From an uncultured Clostridia bacterium (lineage in GTDB: Bacteria; Bacillota; Clostridia; Christensenellales; UBA3700): a DNA stretch of 64,000 nucleotides. Position 1 is the first letter of the stretch; each line of letters opens with the position of its first letter. The notes under the pieces are model-generated. The model saw only the letters and a program-made list of their open reading frames with translations, made no database searches and was not told the DNA's origin. This document shows, piece after piece, positions 38,675-48,797 of this stretch. Location: the NCBI GenBank assembly GCA_944380395.1, contig CALWHM010000005.1, positions 217-64,216 of the forward strand, given 5' to 3'. The translations under genes and the position numbers were made by a program.

Positions 38675-41440
38675 ATGAAAGGCAAGATGAAACATATGAA
38701 AAAAGTGATAGCAGCCGTTTTGGTGCTGGCGTGCGTCGTATGCGCGGCGGCTGTGCTTTCGTCTTGCGTAAAAGAAAAGTATGACGCGTTTATAGAAGCG
38801 GGCGGCGTTCAGCGCATAGCTTACGACGGAGAGGTGCATTATCCCGCGGCGCGCTTGAATCACGACGAAACCGTCCTCACTTATACGGGCGGCGACGTGG
38901 GTTACGGCGGCTGCAAAGAGCCGGGCGAATACAAGATAACCATCTCCGCCGCGGAGACGGAAAACTATAAGGCGGTCACTGAAACCGTGACCGTGATAAT
39001 AGAGGACAACAAACTCAACGGCGACGTTTTCGAGCAAATGGTAGAGCGTATGACCGCAAGCGGCGATTTCGACCTGAACAAAAACATCGCGGTGGATATG
39101 GCTCTCGATCTGTCCTTCCGCCATCAGGACCAGGCGCAGAGGGAGGAAGATTGGAATTACTCTTTGCACATAAAGGGCAATATAGATTTTGCAAACGCAA
39201 ACAAAACGGCGCTTTCCGTGGGGCTGTATGACAACAGGGCAAAGGAATACCTTATGTCTATGAGCTATGACGGCGCGAACAAAGCGCTTTATCTCATCAC
39301 GGAAACGGGCAACTATAAGATAGAAAACGCGGACCTTATGAACGCGCTCATCAGCGCTTCGGGCGCGGACGGCAGCGGAGGCATAGATAAATCCAAACTA
39401 TCCGAGCATCTCAAACAGGCGGCGTCCACGGTGCTTGCTTCCGGTGAAGTGAGCGCGGACGGAGATGTGTTCACTTTCAATTTCCATATGGACAATCTGT
39501 TCACCTCCACGGTAGCGGCGGTGGCGGAGGCGTTTATGCCGGGCGTGGGCGAACAGCTGGGCAGACTGCTTTACGGAATGATGAAGGAGCAGATATGGAG
39601 CGGCACTTCCGCAAATCTCCCCGGCATAAGCGGCACTTTGGATATAAAATTCGACGGGAATAAATTCACCGGTATACAGCTGCACGACTTGGACTATGCC
39701 GACCAGTCGGAGAAAGGCGTGTTCTTCGGCAGCGTAAAGAGCGCAAAGCTGGGCAACAGCGTGAGCGTGAGCAATGAGGGCATAGTGCCCGCGGATACAA
39801 ACGGGTATTCGCCAAGCAAGCTGCTCAACGTGGACGCAAGCGGCAGTTTGGACATCATTCAAAACGGCAAGGAAACGGGCAAGTTGGGCTGGTCGCTTAC
39901 TGCGAATATGGACTTGGCGCAGTTCATCATTTCGGGCGGCGACTTCTCCGATCCCGCGCTGAGCGACAATATGTTCCATATCGCTTTGTGGTACGAACCT
40001 TCCGCGCAGACTTCCTCCGCGTGGGCTAACAGCGGGGACAGAAAGACGGCGCTTTCTTCCGCGGTGAATATAATGGACATAGTGTACGATCCCGCTCATA
40101 CGGGCACATCTATGGTGTATTTGGCTTTTGCGCCCAAAACCTTGATGAACGACCGAATAATAGATATGGTGAACGGAATGAGTTCGGGCGATTCCATATT
40201 GGGAATGACGGGTTATGATAGGATATCTTCCGCACTTGACGATTATTCTATGATACAGGTGGATATAAACGCCGTTGTGCGCAGTATGGCGTTCAGACAG
40301 GGCGAAACAAGTGAGGCGTTCGACGCTTTGGGCGGCGCCGTGGGCTTGCTGAGCAGACTGCTCTCCGCCGTGAACATCTCCGAAGGCGCGGGCGTCGCCG
40401 CCATAGCCGATATAGCGGACGCTCTGGACAAGGACTTCGGCGAAGACCCTATGCTGCTCGGCGTATCCTTGGGTGAAGTTTTGCAGGCTATATTCGCCGT
40501 CAACGGCGAAAACTCGCAATCCCTGCGCCTTACGTTGGACAAGGTCAGTCTGTTCGGCAGCGGCACTTCCGAATACAACGCTTTGACGGAAGGCTTGGTA
40601 AACAACTTCAACGGCACGAAAAAAACATACCACGACCACAACAACGACAGTATTTCCGATACTCCCGTTATGACGCCGCACGTGCAGGGCAACACCGTCG
40701 GCGATAAATTCTTCATCAATTTGTATAACCAGTCGCTGGTAAACGACGTGGAGGGCAAGGTGTACGACTCTTCCGATCCCGGCTACTCCTCCTTCTCCGC
40801 AAACGAAGCGCAAGCCATAGACGAATTTGCCATAGGCTATACCTATACGGACATCTACGGCAACCTGAACGACCACATCTATACCGCCCGCATAATAAGA
40901 ATCGAAGGATTCGACCCGACCAAGACGGGCGCACAATACGTGACCATCTATACCGAACCGATTGAAGGTTATAACATATTGACCAATTTCGATAATATGC
41001 TGCGCGCATTCTCGGACAATAAAATAACGTTCGAAGGCTACTGCATAAGCGGCTGGATAGACATAAACGCACAGCTTACCGGCGCCCAAGCAAAATCCGT
41101 ATCCGCATCCTCAGCGGCTGCGGTGGACGAATACAGCGGCGGCGAAGCGCAGGAGTTTGCCGTAGGCAGCGAATTGCTCACAAGCTCCCAGTTCTTCCTC
41201 AGCAAGCAGTATCAGGTGCAACTCACCTATGCCGACGGCACCCAAAAAACCATCTTTATAGACGCCGAAGCGGACGAATTCACCTTCTCCGACCTCTCCA
41301 AAGTCGCTTACTCTCAAAATCGACCCACCGGCTACGTCCAAGGTACGCGCAAAACATGGCGCGCCGCCTCCCCCGGCGACACCGATATGATCCTCAAAAC
41401 CCCCCTCGGCAACTTTACCTGGAAAATAAAGGTAGTGTAG
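38675..41440 (+). CDS. Large lipoprotein of unknown function
   Basis: Signal peptide with lipobox LSSC; 921 aa, beta-rich. Confidence 0.8.
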   Translation: MKGKMKHMKKVIAAVLVLACVVCAAAVLSSCVKEKYDAFIEAGGVQRIAYDGEVHYPAARLNHDETVLTYTGGDVGYGGCKEPGEYKITISAAETENYKAVTETVTVIIEDNKLNGDVFEQMVERMTASGDFDLNKNIAVDMALDLSFRHQDQAQREEDWNYSLHIKGNIDFANANKTALSVGLYDNRAKEYLMSMSYDGANKALYLITETGNYKIENADLMNALISASGADGSGGIDKSKLSEHLKQAASTVLASGEVSADGDVFTFNFHMDNLFTSTVAAVAEAFMPGVGEQLGRLLYGMMKEQIWSGTSANLPGISGTLDIKFDGNKFTGIQLHDLDYADQSEKGVFFGSVKSAKLGNSVSVSNEGIVPADTNGYSPSKLLNVDASGSLDIIQNGKETGKLGWSLTANMDLAQFIISGGDFSDPALSDNMFHIALWYEPSAQTSSAWANSGDRKTALSSAVNIMDIVYDPAHTGTSMVYLAFAPKTLMNDRIIDMVNGMSSGDSILGMTGYDRISSALDDYSMIQVDINAVVRSMAFRQGETSEAFDALGGAVGLLSRLLSAVNISEGAGVAAIADIADALDKDFGEDPMLLGVSLGEVLQAIFAVNGENSQSLRLTLDKVSLFGSGTSEYNALTEGLVNNFNGTKKTYHDHNNDSISDTPVMTPHVQGNTVGDKFFINLYNQSLVNDVEGKVYDSSDPGYSSFSANEAQAIDEFAIGYTYTDIYGNLNDHIYTARIIRIEGFDPTKTGAQYVTIYTEPIEGYNILTNFDNMLRAFSDNKITFEGYCISGWIDINAQLTGAQAKSVSASSAAAVDEYSGGEAQEFAVGSELLTSSQFFLSKQYQVQLTYADGTQKTIFIDAEADEFTFSDLSKVAYSQNRPTGYVQGTRKTWRAASPGDTDMILKTPLGNFTWKIKVV

Positions 41441-41903
41441 CTCGCGGCACATCAGTTAACGCATAAGCTTTTTACACATATCGCCCATATCGGCGCAGTC
41501 GTGAATAAGCATTGATTTTACGCGCCGCAAGTTTTGTAGTGAACATAATACTTGCATCAGACCTTTCCATAAAATCAATTATTTCGACAAAAAATTTGAC
41601 AACGGACATTTAATATGCTATACTTCAACTTAAGGATATAAATATATACTAAAATATTACAAAGGGGGGAAGCATAGATGTTTTTTACAAATTCTTATGC
41701 GACCGACAAGCAAACTTTATTAAAGAGGGCAAACAGTACGGCATAGACGTAATATGCGGGAATAGCGTTATATAAAACGGATATGACCGATAAAAATATC
41801 ATTGAAAGCAAGGGGTGTAAGACATCCTGCGGATATAAAATCAAACCACTATGATTATGCCGCGTCAGAAGCGGCGATCGAAAACGGAGATAAAGGAAGC
41901 ATT

Positions 41904-44900
41904 ATGACAGATTTGAATCATGTAGTTGAGATTGTCAAAAAGATTAACGATTATTGCAACGAAATGGATCAATTGAGAGCCAAGATAGACAAAGAAAATG
42001 CCGAAGAAAAGCAATTTGTCGAAAACCAGGCGGATTCTTTGATCAGTGAAATGCAACAAAAAGTCAAGGAGTTCAAGAATATCAATTTTATACGGCTTCG
42101 TCGGCAAGTCGAAGGGTTGGTTACTATTTTGCGAGAAGAATATGAAAAGCAATGGAATGAATTGCCTGACATAGATTCAACGGAATACAGCAGACTCACT
42201 TACAACGAAAACATTAAAAAGGTAAGGGAATTAATAGACGATATCAATGACGAGGTCGCAAAGCTTAATGCTTTTGATTTTGACAAAGCCGTTCCTCCCG
42301 TGCATATAGAGATGAAGGATGAAACGTTTATAACGCGCGCAGGGGACGAAATAGGGGAAACAAACGGGTATCAAACGAAAAAGAGGTCTAAAGTAATCGA
42401 CCCTAAGCCTTTGAAAAAAGAGATAATAAAGCTTTTGTTAATCTGTAAAAAAGCGATCGTATGCATTGAGGTCATGGCAGATCGCTTTGAAACGGAGTTT
42501 AATCGCTCTGCTTATAATTCTGCCGTAAGAAGCAGTGCGAAGGCTTGGCTGACAGAGGCTTTTGCGCGTAGCAAAGTAGAATATGACAAACGTTTTGACG
42601 AATTGTTCCGCGATGAAAAAGCAAGCGCTGTTCCGAAAGAATTTTTTACGAACCTTGAGCGTCAGGGTATCGCTGCCGAAGTCGATATAAATTCCGGAAC
42701 AGCCGAATATAACGAAAGCATCAATATAGGCGATATAAAATTGCTTGTGGAAAGCTCTGATCAGCATATCGGTTATATTAACGACAGTCCGGTGTTGAGC
42801 AAGTATTTGAAGGACGGATATCTGAGCGCGCCATTGATTTTGGATTTGAAAAGTTGCGGAAATATTTTGATAAATGTCAGCGACGAGAGCTTTGACGAGT
42901 CGGCGGTGGCGCTTGTCAATCAGCTGATAATTCAATTTTTAGTGTCTTTCCCCGCCAACAGAATAAACTTCTGCCTGATCGACATCGATAACAAGATGGG
43001 ATTTTCGCAATTCAAAATTTTGAACAAGATAAATAACGGTATTTTGCTCAACGGAATCATACGTGATGACAGGCAATTGGAAAATACGATTAAAGACATG
43101 GAACAGACCATGTATAAAATCGATGAAGATCAATTGTGTTACAATAACGTGAAAAATATATACGAGTATAATAAAAAATTTGAAGCAAATCCGCAAAGCA
43201 TGCATTTATTTGTGCTGATCAATTATCCCGCTTGTATGAGAGACGATCTTGCAAAGAGAGTGTTAAAGCTGGTTCAAAACGGAAATAAGGAAGGCATATA
43301 TTGCCTGATAGTGAACAATAAGTCGGTTCCGTTGGCTCCCGGATACAAGAAAAGCGAATACGATCAATTTATCGAAGGCGTAGGTAAAAATGCCGTAATT
43401 ATAAACAAGTCGGAAAACGGTTTTGAAGTGGAGGTGGGAACGCCGAACAAGTTCGTTCCAAAGGACAATATAAGCGTCAAAGCGCTGCCTGGCATAGTGG
43501 AAATGCTTAAAACAAATGCGGAAAGTAACAGGCAGAAAGTTATTCCGCTCAGCCTTATGTTTGAGGATACCGATAAAAAGGTCGCAAATAAGAAAAAGAG
43601 CATTCCGTCATCCGCCGAAGTGCTTGAGATACCTATCGGCGCAAGAGGCGGCGAAGTTCAGGATTTGTTGCTTAAAACGACAGGCGACGGTTCGGCGCAT
43701 GCTGTCGTTATCGGCGGCACAGGTTCCGGTAAATCCAATTTATTGCATGCCATTATTATGAGCGCATGCTACAAGTACAGCCCTGACGAGTTGAATTTGT
43801 ATCTTGTAGACTTTAAGGGCGGCGTAGAGTTTAAGTATTATGAAGCAAATAAGGATAGAAAAAAGCAATTACCGCATATAAAATTGACGGGACTGACCAG
43901 CGATCTTAATGACGGCGTCGCTATTTTGGATAATCTGCAAAAGGAGCTTAGACGCAGAGAGGACGAATTCAGAACCAATAGGGTGGAGGATATTGTTCAG
44001 TATCGCAATTTAGGCAAGAAGATGCCGCGGTTGTTTGTCATAATCGATGAGATACAAGAGTTGTTCGAACAAGACGAAAATTTGGGAAGGAAAGCAATCA
44101 ATATTATGAGGGAATTGTTCAAGAAAGGACGTGCTTTTGGTATCAATATACTGTGGGCGTCCCAGAATATTCCCAAGGTGCCGGGGCTGAGAGATCAGGT
44201 TCTCAGTCAAATAGGCAACAGGATAAGTTTGAGGCTTAACGAACCGCAGGACGCGGAAGAGATCAAAATCGATCCCAAAGTCGTCAAGAATTTGAATCGT
44301 CCCGAAAAGGGTCTTGGCGTTATAAATGACATAAGATACGGTAACGAAAGCATAGAATTCCGCGTTGCATTTGCCGAAACAAGCGAGAACAGGCAAAAGT
44401 ATTCCGCCAAGATAATAGACAAATGGAAGAGCGTAGCGGAAAATTCCGAAATCGCGCGTCAGCCGTTATTTATAGTGGGTGACGACGATGAACTTTCGCC
44501 CGTGGATAACACGATATACGGGATCACGCCTACAAAAGCTCAAATCAAATCCAAGGCGTTTGAAAAATATGTCATACAGCTGGGACAGAATTTTGTCACA
44601 GGTAAGCCTTATGACATAGCGCTGTCTTTGAGGGAAGATAAGTCAAATATGCTTTTGTCAGGCTTTGATGTGGAAATATTGCGCGATATGATGGGATACT
44701 CATTGCTGTCAACGATAATTGCGGAGAAAACCGATGCCGATTGCATTGCGCAAAAGGCGAAAATATATTATGCAAACGGTGAAATGATAAATCCCAAAAA
44801 CTCAGGAGATTTGTTTAATGTCCTGCGCACCGATTTTGAGAATATCATAGAAAATGTGTCTCCCGTCAAGCGCTTTGAAGAGTGCATAAAGGATGTTTAT

Positions 44901-45539
44901 AAGCTCTATAAGAAAAGGAGTGAAGAAGCCGATAATACCGAATATGCCAAAGCGGAGGCGCCGTGTTTTGTATTCGTACATTCGCTGCAGAGGTATGCGG
45001 ATCTGTTCAAAGATAATCCGCAGCTCGACATCAGCGAGCAAGAAGAACTCGATGACGGCTTAAAGAAAAAAGACGATGCTTCTCCGATAAACAGCGGACG
45101 CGGCGATAGGGATGAGTTGGAAGATCTTTTCATAAATGTCGAATCGAGGAACGGATATTCCGCGTCAAGTTCATTCTCAGCGGGCAGGCAGAGAAAGCAA
45201 TCGTTGATATATTTTACGGATGCGATAAAAGAACTTTTGACCAGAAGCGGCAAGTTCGGTATACATTTTATCATATCCGTAGACAATCCGCTCATTCAGG
45301 GCGTAAAGGACGCTTTCGCAGATATGGAGTACAAGATATTTGCGAAAGGGTCGGACCCCAATACCATTATTCAACTTGTCGGGGATTATCGTGAAAGCGG
45401 CAGCCTTGCCAATCCCAAAGTTGCGCTGGTCGTTAACCGTAACGAGCGTATGAAAATCAGGGTATATAGGTATAACGCGGGAAACGACGGCGAATGGTAT
45501 AGAAAGCTTTGCGTTGATTACGGTAAGTTGGAGGGGTGA
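41904..45539 (+). CDS. FtsK/SpoIIIE (EssC/EccC-like) ATPase without an evident TM segment
   Basis: HAVVIGGTGSGKS, SPDELNLYLVDFKGG, LFVIIDEIQELF, GRAFGI...ASQ, flanked by two degenerate FtsK-like domains; N-terminal coiled coil. ATG 41904 follows AAGGA; the track's TTG start at 41802 is also possible. Confidence 0.9.
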   Translation: MTDLNHVVEIVKKINDYCNEMDQLRAKIDKENAEEKQFVENQADSLISEMQQKVKEFKNINFIRLRRQVEGLVTILREEYEKQWNELPDIDSTEYSRLTYNENIKKVRELIDDINDEVAKLNAFDFDKAVPPVHIEMKDETFITRAGDEIGETNGYQTKKRSKVIDPKPLKKEIIKLLLICKKAIVCIEVMADRFETEFNRSAYNSAVRSSAKAWLTEAFARSKVEYDKRFDELFRDEKASAVPKEFFTNLERQGIAAEVDINSGTAEYNESINIGDIKLLVESSDQHIGYINDSPVLSKYLKDGYLSAPLILDLKSCGNILINVSDESFDESAVALVNQLIIQFLVSFPANRINFCLIDIDNKMGFSQFKILNKINNGILLNGIIRDDRQLENTIKDMEQTMYKIDEDQLCYNNVKNIYEYNKKFEANPQSMHLFVLINYPACMRDDLAKRVLKLVQNGNKEGIYCLIVNNKSVPLAPGYKKSEYDQFIEGVGKNAVIINKSENGFEVEVGTPNKFVPKDNISVKALPGIVEMLKTNAESNRQKVIPLSLMFEDTDKKVANKKKSIPSSAEVLEIPIGARGGEVQDLLLKTTGDGSAHAVVIGGTGSGKSNLLHAIIMSACYKYSPDELNLYLVDFKGGVEFKYYEANKDRKKQLPHIKLTGLTSDLNDGVAILDNLQKELRRREDEFRTNRVEDIVQYRNLGKKMPRLFVIIDEIQELFEQDENLGRKAINIMRELFKKGRAFGINILWASQNIPKVPGLRDQVLSQIGNRISLRLNEPQDAEEIKIDPKVVKNLNRPEKGLGVINDIRYGNESIEFRVAFAETSENRQKYSAKIIDKWKSVAENSEIARQPLFIVGDDDELSPVDNTIYGITPTKAQIKSKAFEKYVIQLGQNFVTGKPYDIALSLREDKSNMLLSGFDVEILRDMMGYSLLSTIIAEKTDADCIAQKAKIYYANGEMINPKNSGDLFNVLRTDFENIIENVSPVKRFEECIKDVYKLYKKRSEEADNTEYAKAEAPCFVFVHSLQRYADLFKDNPQLDISEQEELDDGLKKKDDASPINSGRGDRDELEDLFINVESRNGYSASSSFSAGRQRKQSLIYFTDAIKELLTRSGKFGIHFIISVDNPLIQGVKDAFADMEYKIFAKGSDPNTIIQLVGDYRESGSLANPKVALVVNRNERMKIRVYRYNAGNDGEWYRKLCVDYGKLEG

Positions 45540-45542
45540 TAG

Positions 45543-45824
45543 ATGGATGAAGTCGAATTCGACGAAGAGGCGTTAAATAAAGCGTTGAATGCGCTGTTGA
45601 ATTACGCCAATGAGGTCGGGGCGGCATATGAAGAAATGCTGAAAACAATATATGTTCAGGGGAGCGAATGGTGTGACGAAGACTACCGGGCGCTGGCAGA
45701 AACCGTTGTGAGTTTTAAGCGTGATATTATTGCTATGAGCACGGGAGCATATCAATTAACAGACGAGTTGAAACAGAAATTGGAAAGAATAAGGCAAAGA
45801 CCAAGATACAACGGAGGAGATTGA
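45543..45824 (+). CDS. WXG100-like helical hairpin protein (WxD)
   Basis: 93 aa, central SEW43CD, amphipathic helices. Confidence 0.75.
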   Translation: MDEVEFDEEALNKALNALLNYANEVGAAYEEMLKTIYVQGSEWCDEDYRALAETVVSFKRDIIAMSTGAYQLTDELKQKLERIRQRPRYNGGD

Positions 45825-45828
45825 GTAT

Positions 45829-46098
45829 ATGTCAAAGGTGAGGTTATCAAAGGCGGCGGCATCAAGAGTGATTTCTTTTACGGATGAAGCTTATAATGCA
45901 TTGATTTCAAATGTAAGAGCGATGGATAGCAGAGTAAATTCTCAATTTACAGGAATGGTGGATCCCGCGTTGAAGAGATATGCAGAGTTGTCGGAAAAAC
46001 TGCAAAACACTCTCAGGCAAATCGGGACGAATATGGAAGCCATTTCCAAATATTGCAGGGCAGTTATGCGCTGGATAGACGATTACGGACAGATATAG
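45829..46098 (+). CDS. WXG100-like helical protein
   Basis: 89 aa, central GMVD turn, helical; operon context. Confidence 0.6.
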   Translation: MSKVRLSKAAASRVISFTDEAYNALISNVRAMDSRVNSQFTGMVDPALKRYAELSEKLQNTLRQIGTNMEAISKYCRAVMRWIDDYGQI

Positions 46099-46111
46099 GA
46101 GGAAATTTCGA

Positions 46112-46387
46112 ATGGAAAATTTGGAAACAAGTCCCGAGGCTTTGGAGTCCGCGGCAAATATCGTGGACGCATATTGCCGTACTCAAAAATCCGTTATGGA
46201 TACATATCTGCGTAATGCGACATCCATGCAATCCGAATGGGTCGATGATAAAACGCTCGGATCGTTGCTGGAGGAGATAAGGCATTTGAATACGATAGTT
46301 AGCGGACTTATGGATGAAATACAGTCCTACTACCCGCGCTATTTCCGTAAAAAAGCGGAAATGCTGCGTAACAGACCTAAATTTTAA
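46112..46387 (+). CDS. WXG100-like helical hairpin protein (WxD)
   Basis: 91 aa, LETSPEALESAA N-terminus, central SEW43VD. Confidence 0.8.
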   Translation: MENLETSPEALESAANIVDAYCRTQKSVMDTYLRNATSMQSEWVDDKTLGSLLEEIRHLNTIVSGLMDEIQSYYPRYFRKKAEMLRNRPKF

Positions 46388-46398
46388 GGATAAAGACG

Positions 46399-46653
46399 AT
46401 GTCGGAATACGGAGAGTTGCAGGGCGTTATCGCAAAGCTTGAATCGAATGCGAATAGGTATGCGGAGTATTGGAACGATCAGACTGCGCATACTTACGCG
46501 CCGATCAATGAAAATATGAAAAATATTGCCGGAAAAGTAACGGCAATATACTCCGGTTCGGAAAAAGCATATAAAACCATAAATAATTATTATGATTCCG
46601 GACAATACGATTATAAGGTGGCGGAACTTCGCAATATAGCGACAGGAATTTGA
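46399..46653 (+). CDS. WXG100-like protein (WND), probable toxin partner
   Basis: 84 aa, EYWNDQ; directly upstream of the toxin gene. Confidence 0.65.
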   Translation: MSEYGELQGVIAKLESNANRYAEYWNDQTAHTYAPINENMKNIAGKVTAIYSGSEKAYKTINNYYDSGQYDYKVAELRNIATGI

Positions 46654-46654
46654 T

Positions 46655-48085
46655 ATGGGAAGCATAAAGGCTGTTTGTTCTATGTTGGAATATTATTACG
46701 ACGCATGTCGAAACAACTATGGCGAAATGCTGAGGGTTGTTGAGGTTTTGCTGAAAAAAACCGAGCGATATGCCCAAGACGTGGAGCAAAAGCATGACCA
46801 TGCAAAAAGAAAAGTCGGGGAATTAAACATGGCAATGCCGGAAGTTAAGGTGAAAGCGGATAAATACTATGACGGCATGGAAATGTGTAAAGACAGGATC
46901 AATGAAGCGCAAGGAGAAATTAATTACTGTTATTCCCACCCCATAGTACAGTCGACCACGGATTCTGAAGGCAATACGACAACCACCAGCACGTATGATT
47001 ACGCAGCGATTCATGCCGCCGAAAGGAAGAAAGCCGAAGCCGAACGTCAGTACGATCAATATAATAGATTATACAGCAAGGCAAGCGACGTCTATCAGCG
47101 CATGGACGCGTTGCGCGGAGAGATCGAAGGCAAAAGGGAGATTATTCAAAAAGGTCTGGATCGCATAAAAAATTGTGAAGCGGAACTGAAAAAGTATATT
47201 CAGCAAATAAGCAGTGAAGGGAATTACAACTTAAAATCTTTGGAAGGGGTAATGAGCGAATTGACATATTACGTCAATTGTTCGCCGATTGAGCCATACG
47301 GGAGCGTTGCCGGCGGGGATTTCGGCACGAAAGTTGCATCACAATCATATGCTTCATCATATTCTTCTGCCATAAATTCCGGCACGGGACAAAGCGGATC
47401 GGAAACTTCCGTATATGATAACATATTGACCGAAGACGATTTATATAACGAGTATGAAACTCCTTCGCGGCTGCATAGGAAAAAACACAGATACGACGTA
47501 TGTACGGAAGAATTGTACGACAAAACCAGCAATGAACACTACGGTAAATTAACGGGAAAATTATTAAGCTGTGAATTTGCCTTAAATAAATATGCCGGGT
47601 CGGCATTTAATGAGATAAACAAGTATCTAAGAAAAAACGATAAAACATATGAGGAAATGTGCAGGAATTTAACGGAAAGCATTACAAGGGGGATCAATGA
47701 TGTCTATTTGCCCGAAGATATGATGTTGTATAGGGGGATTTCTACGCCGAGAGCTATTTTGGGCGAAAATTGGGAAAACAAGGATATAGAGCAGTTAAGG
47801 GAAACGTTTGTCGGAGGAATATTTCGTGATAAAGGCTTCTGCTCCACATCGACAAGTAAGGATATCGCACATAAATTTGCGGAGCATTATAGTGGCACCA
47901 TATTAAAAATAAACGCACCCAAAGGAGCCAACGGAGTATTTATGGGCGGATTTAGCGGGTATAAACATGAAAAAGAAGTTCTATTGCAAAGAAGCTCGTG
48001 TTTTAAGATAATTTCAATAGAGCCTAATCCGACAAGCAACGGATATATTATCGAATTGGATCTTGTCGGTAAGGAGGTATGCTGA
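46655..48085 (+). CDS. Polymorphic-type toxin: N-terminal coiled coil plus C-terminal VIP2/C3-like ADP-ribosyltransferase
   Basis: Y...AFNEINKYLR, LYRG, GFCSTS and HEKEVLLQR give the R-S-ExE triad. Confidence 0.88.
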   Translation: MGSIKAVCSMLEYYYDACRNNYGEMLRVVEVLLKKTERYAQDVEQKHDHAKRKVGELNMAMPEVKVKADKYYDGMEMCKDRINEAQGEINYCYSHPIVQSTTDSEGNTTTTSTYDYAAIHAAERKKAEAERQYDQYNRLYSKASDVYQRMDALRGEIEGKREIIQKGLDRIKNCEAELKKYIQQISSEGNYNLKSLEGVMSELTYYVNCSPIEPYGSVAGGDFGTKVASQSYASSYSSAINSGTGQSGSETSVYDNILTEDDLYNEYETPSRLHRKKHRYDVCTEELYDKTSNEHYGKLTGKLLSCEFALNKYAGSAFNEINKYLRKNDKTYEEMCRNLTESITRGINDVYLPEDMMLYRGISTPRAILGENWENKDIEQLRETFVGGIFRDKGFCSTSTSKDIAHKFAEHYSGTILKINAPKGANGVFMGGFSGYKHEKEVLLQRSSCFKIISIEPNPTSNGYIIELDLVGKEVC

Positions 48086-48456
48086 TGAACTACGATAAGT
48101 TTATTTGGAAAGAAGGCGATATCGAATTTATAGACGAAAAAGAATTTGCAGAGAAAGGGGTCGTTTACGGTGCGGAATTTAGAAAAAAGTTCGATACTTG
48201 CGTCGATAACAAGGAATGCCCGTTATGTGATGATGACGATATGAAAATCGCCGATCCTATCATCGACAAGATATACGCGTCGTATTTTCAAGATAAAAAG
48301 GTAGACGCGGCGTTCTGCGAAAAAGTATTGGGCAACATAATAACGCTCAGCAGAAAGTTGTTGAAAGACCCGTCAATGCTTACGCAGCAGCTGTATTGCT
48401 GTATTAGAACGGGGCTGACGGATAAGGTAAAGAAAAACGGCAATATAGATGCGTGA
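48079..48456 (+). CDS. Candidate immunity protein
   Basis: 125 aa, overlaps the toxin stop codon; acidic N-terminus KFIWKEGDIEFIDE. Confidence 0.6.
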   Translation: MLMNYDKFIWKEGDIEFIDEKEFAEKGVVYGAEFRKKFDTCVDNKECPLCDDDDMKIADPIIDKIYASYFQDKKVDAAFCEKVLGNIITLSRKLLKDPSMLTQQLYCCIRTGLTDKVKKNGNIDA

Positions 48457-48488
48457 TCAAGCGCAAATAAGAGCGTTTAGGAGTAAAA

Positions 48489-48782
48489 ATGGATAAGGTA
48501 AATGTGACGGATATGAGCTTATGGTCATGCCGAAGAGCGTTGGATAAGTTCGGGAGTGAGTTGCTGACGGCTTCCGAAAAATATGCCGCTGCGTTAACTG
48601 AGTGCGTGAGCGGAGTCGATTCGGAGTTGAAAAACAAGTTGAACAGATATATCGACTTGATTAGGAAAATGAATCAAGCCATGCAGTTATGTTTGGGAAG
48701 CAACATCAACGCTATAGATGAAAGGATCGCACAAATACCCAACTATGAAAATTGTGCGTATATAAAAAGAGATATACTTTGA
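48489..48782 (+). CDS. WXG100-like helical protein
   Basis: 97 aa, central SGVD turn, helical. Confidence 0.55.
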   Translation: MDKVNVTDMSLWSCRRALDKFGSELLTASEKYAAALTECVSGVDSELKNKLNRYIDLIRKMNQAMQLCLGSNINAIDERIAQIPNYENCAYIKRDIL

Positions 48783-48797
48783 TAAAAGAGGTAAAAA

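Noticed and set aside
41904-45539. Chromosome-segregation FtsK or conjugative coupling protein
   Set aside because: No N-terminal TM or gamma domain, and no relaxase or VirB4 nearby; DFKGG motif and WXG100-like neighbours indicate the EssC/EccC clade.
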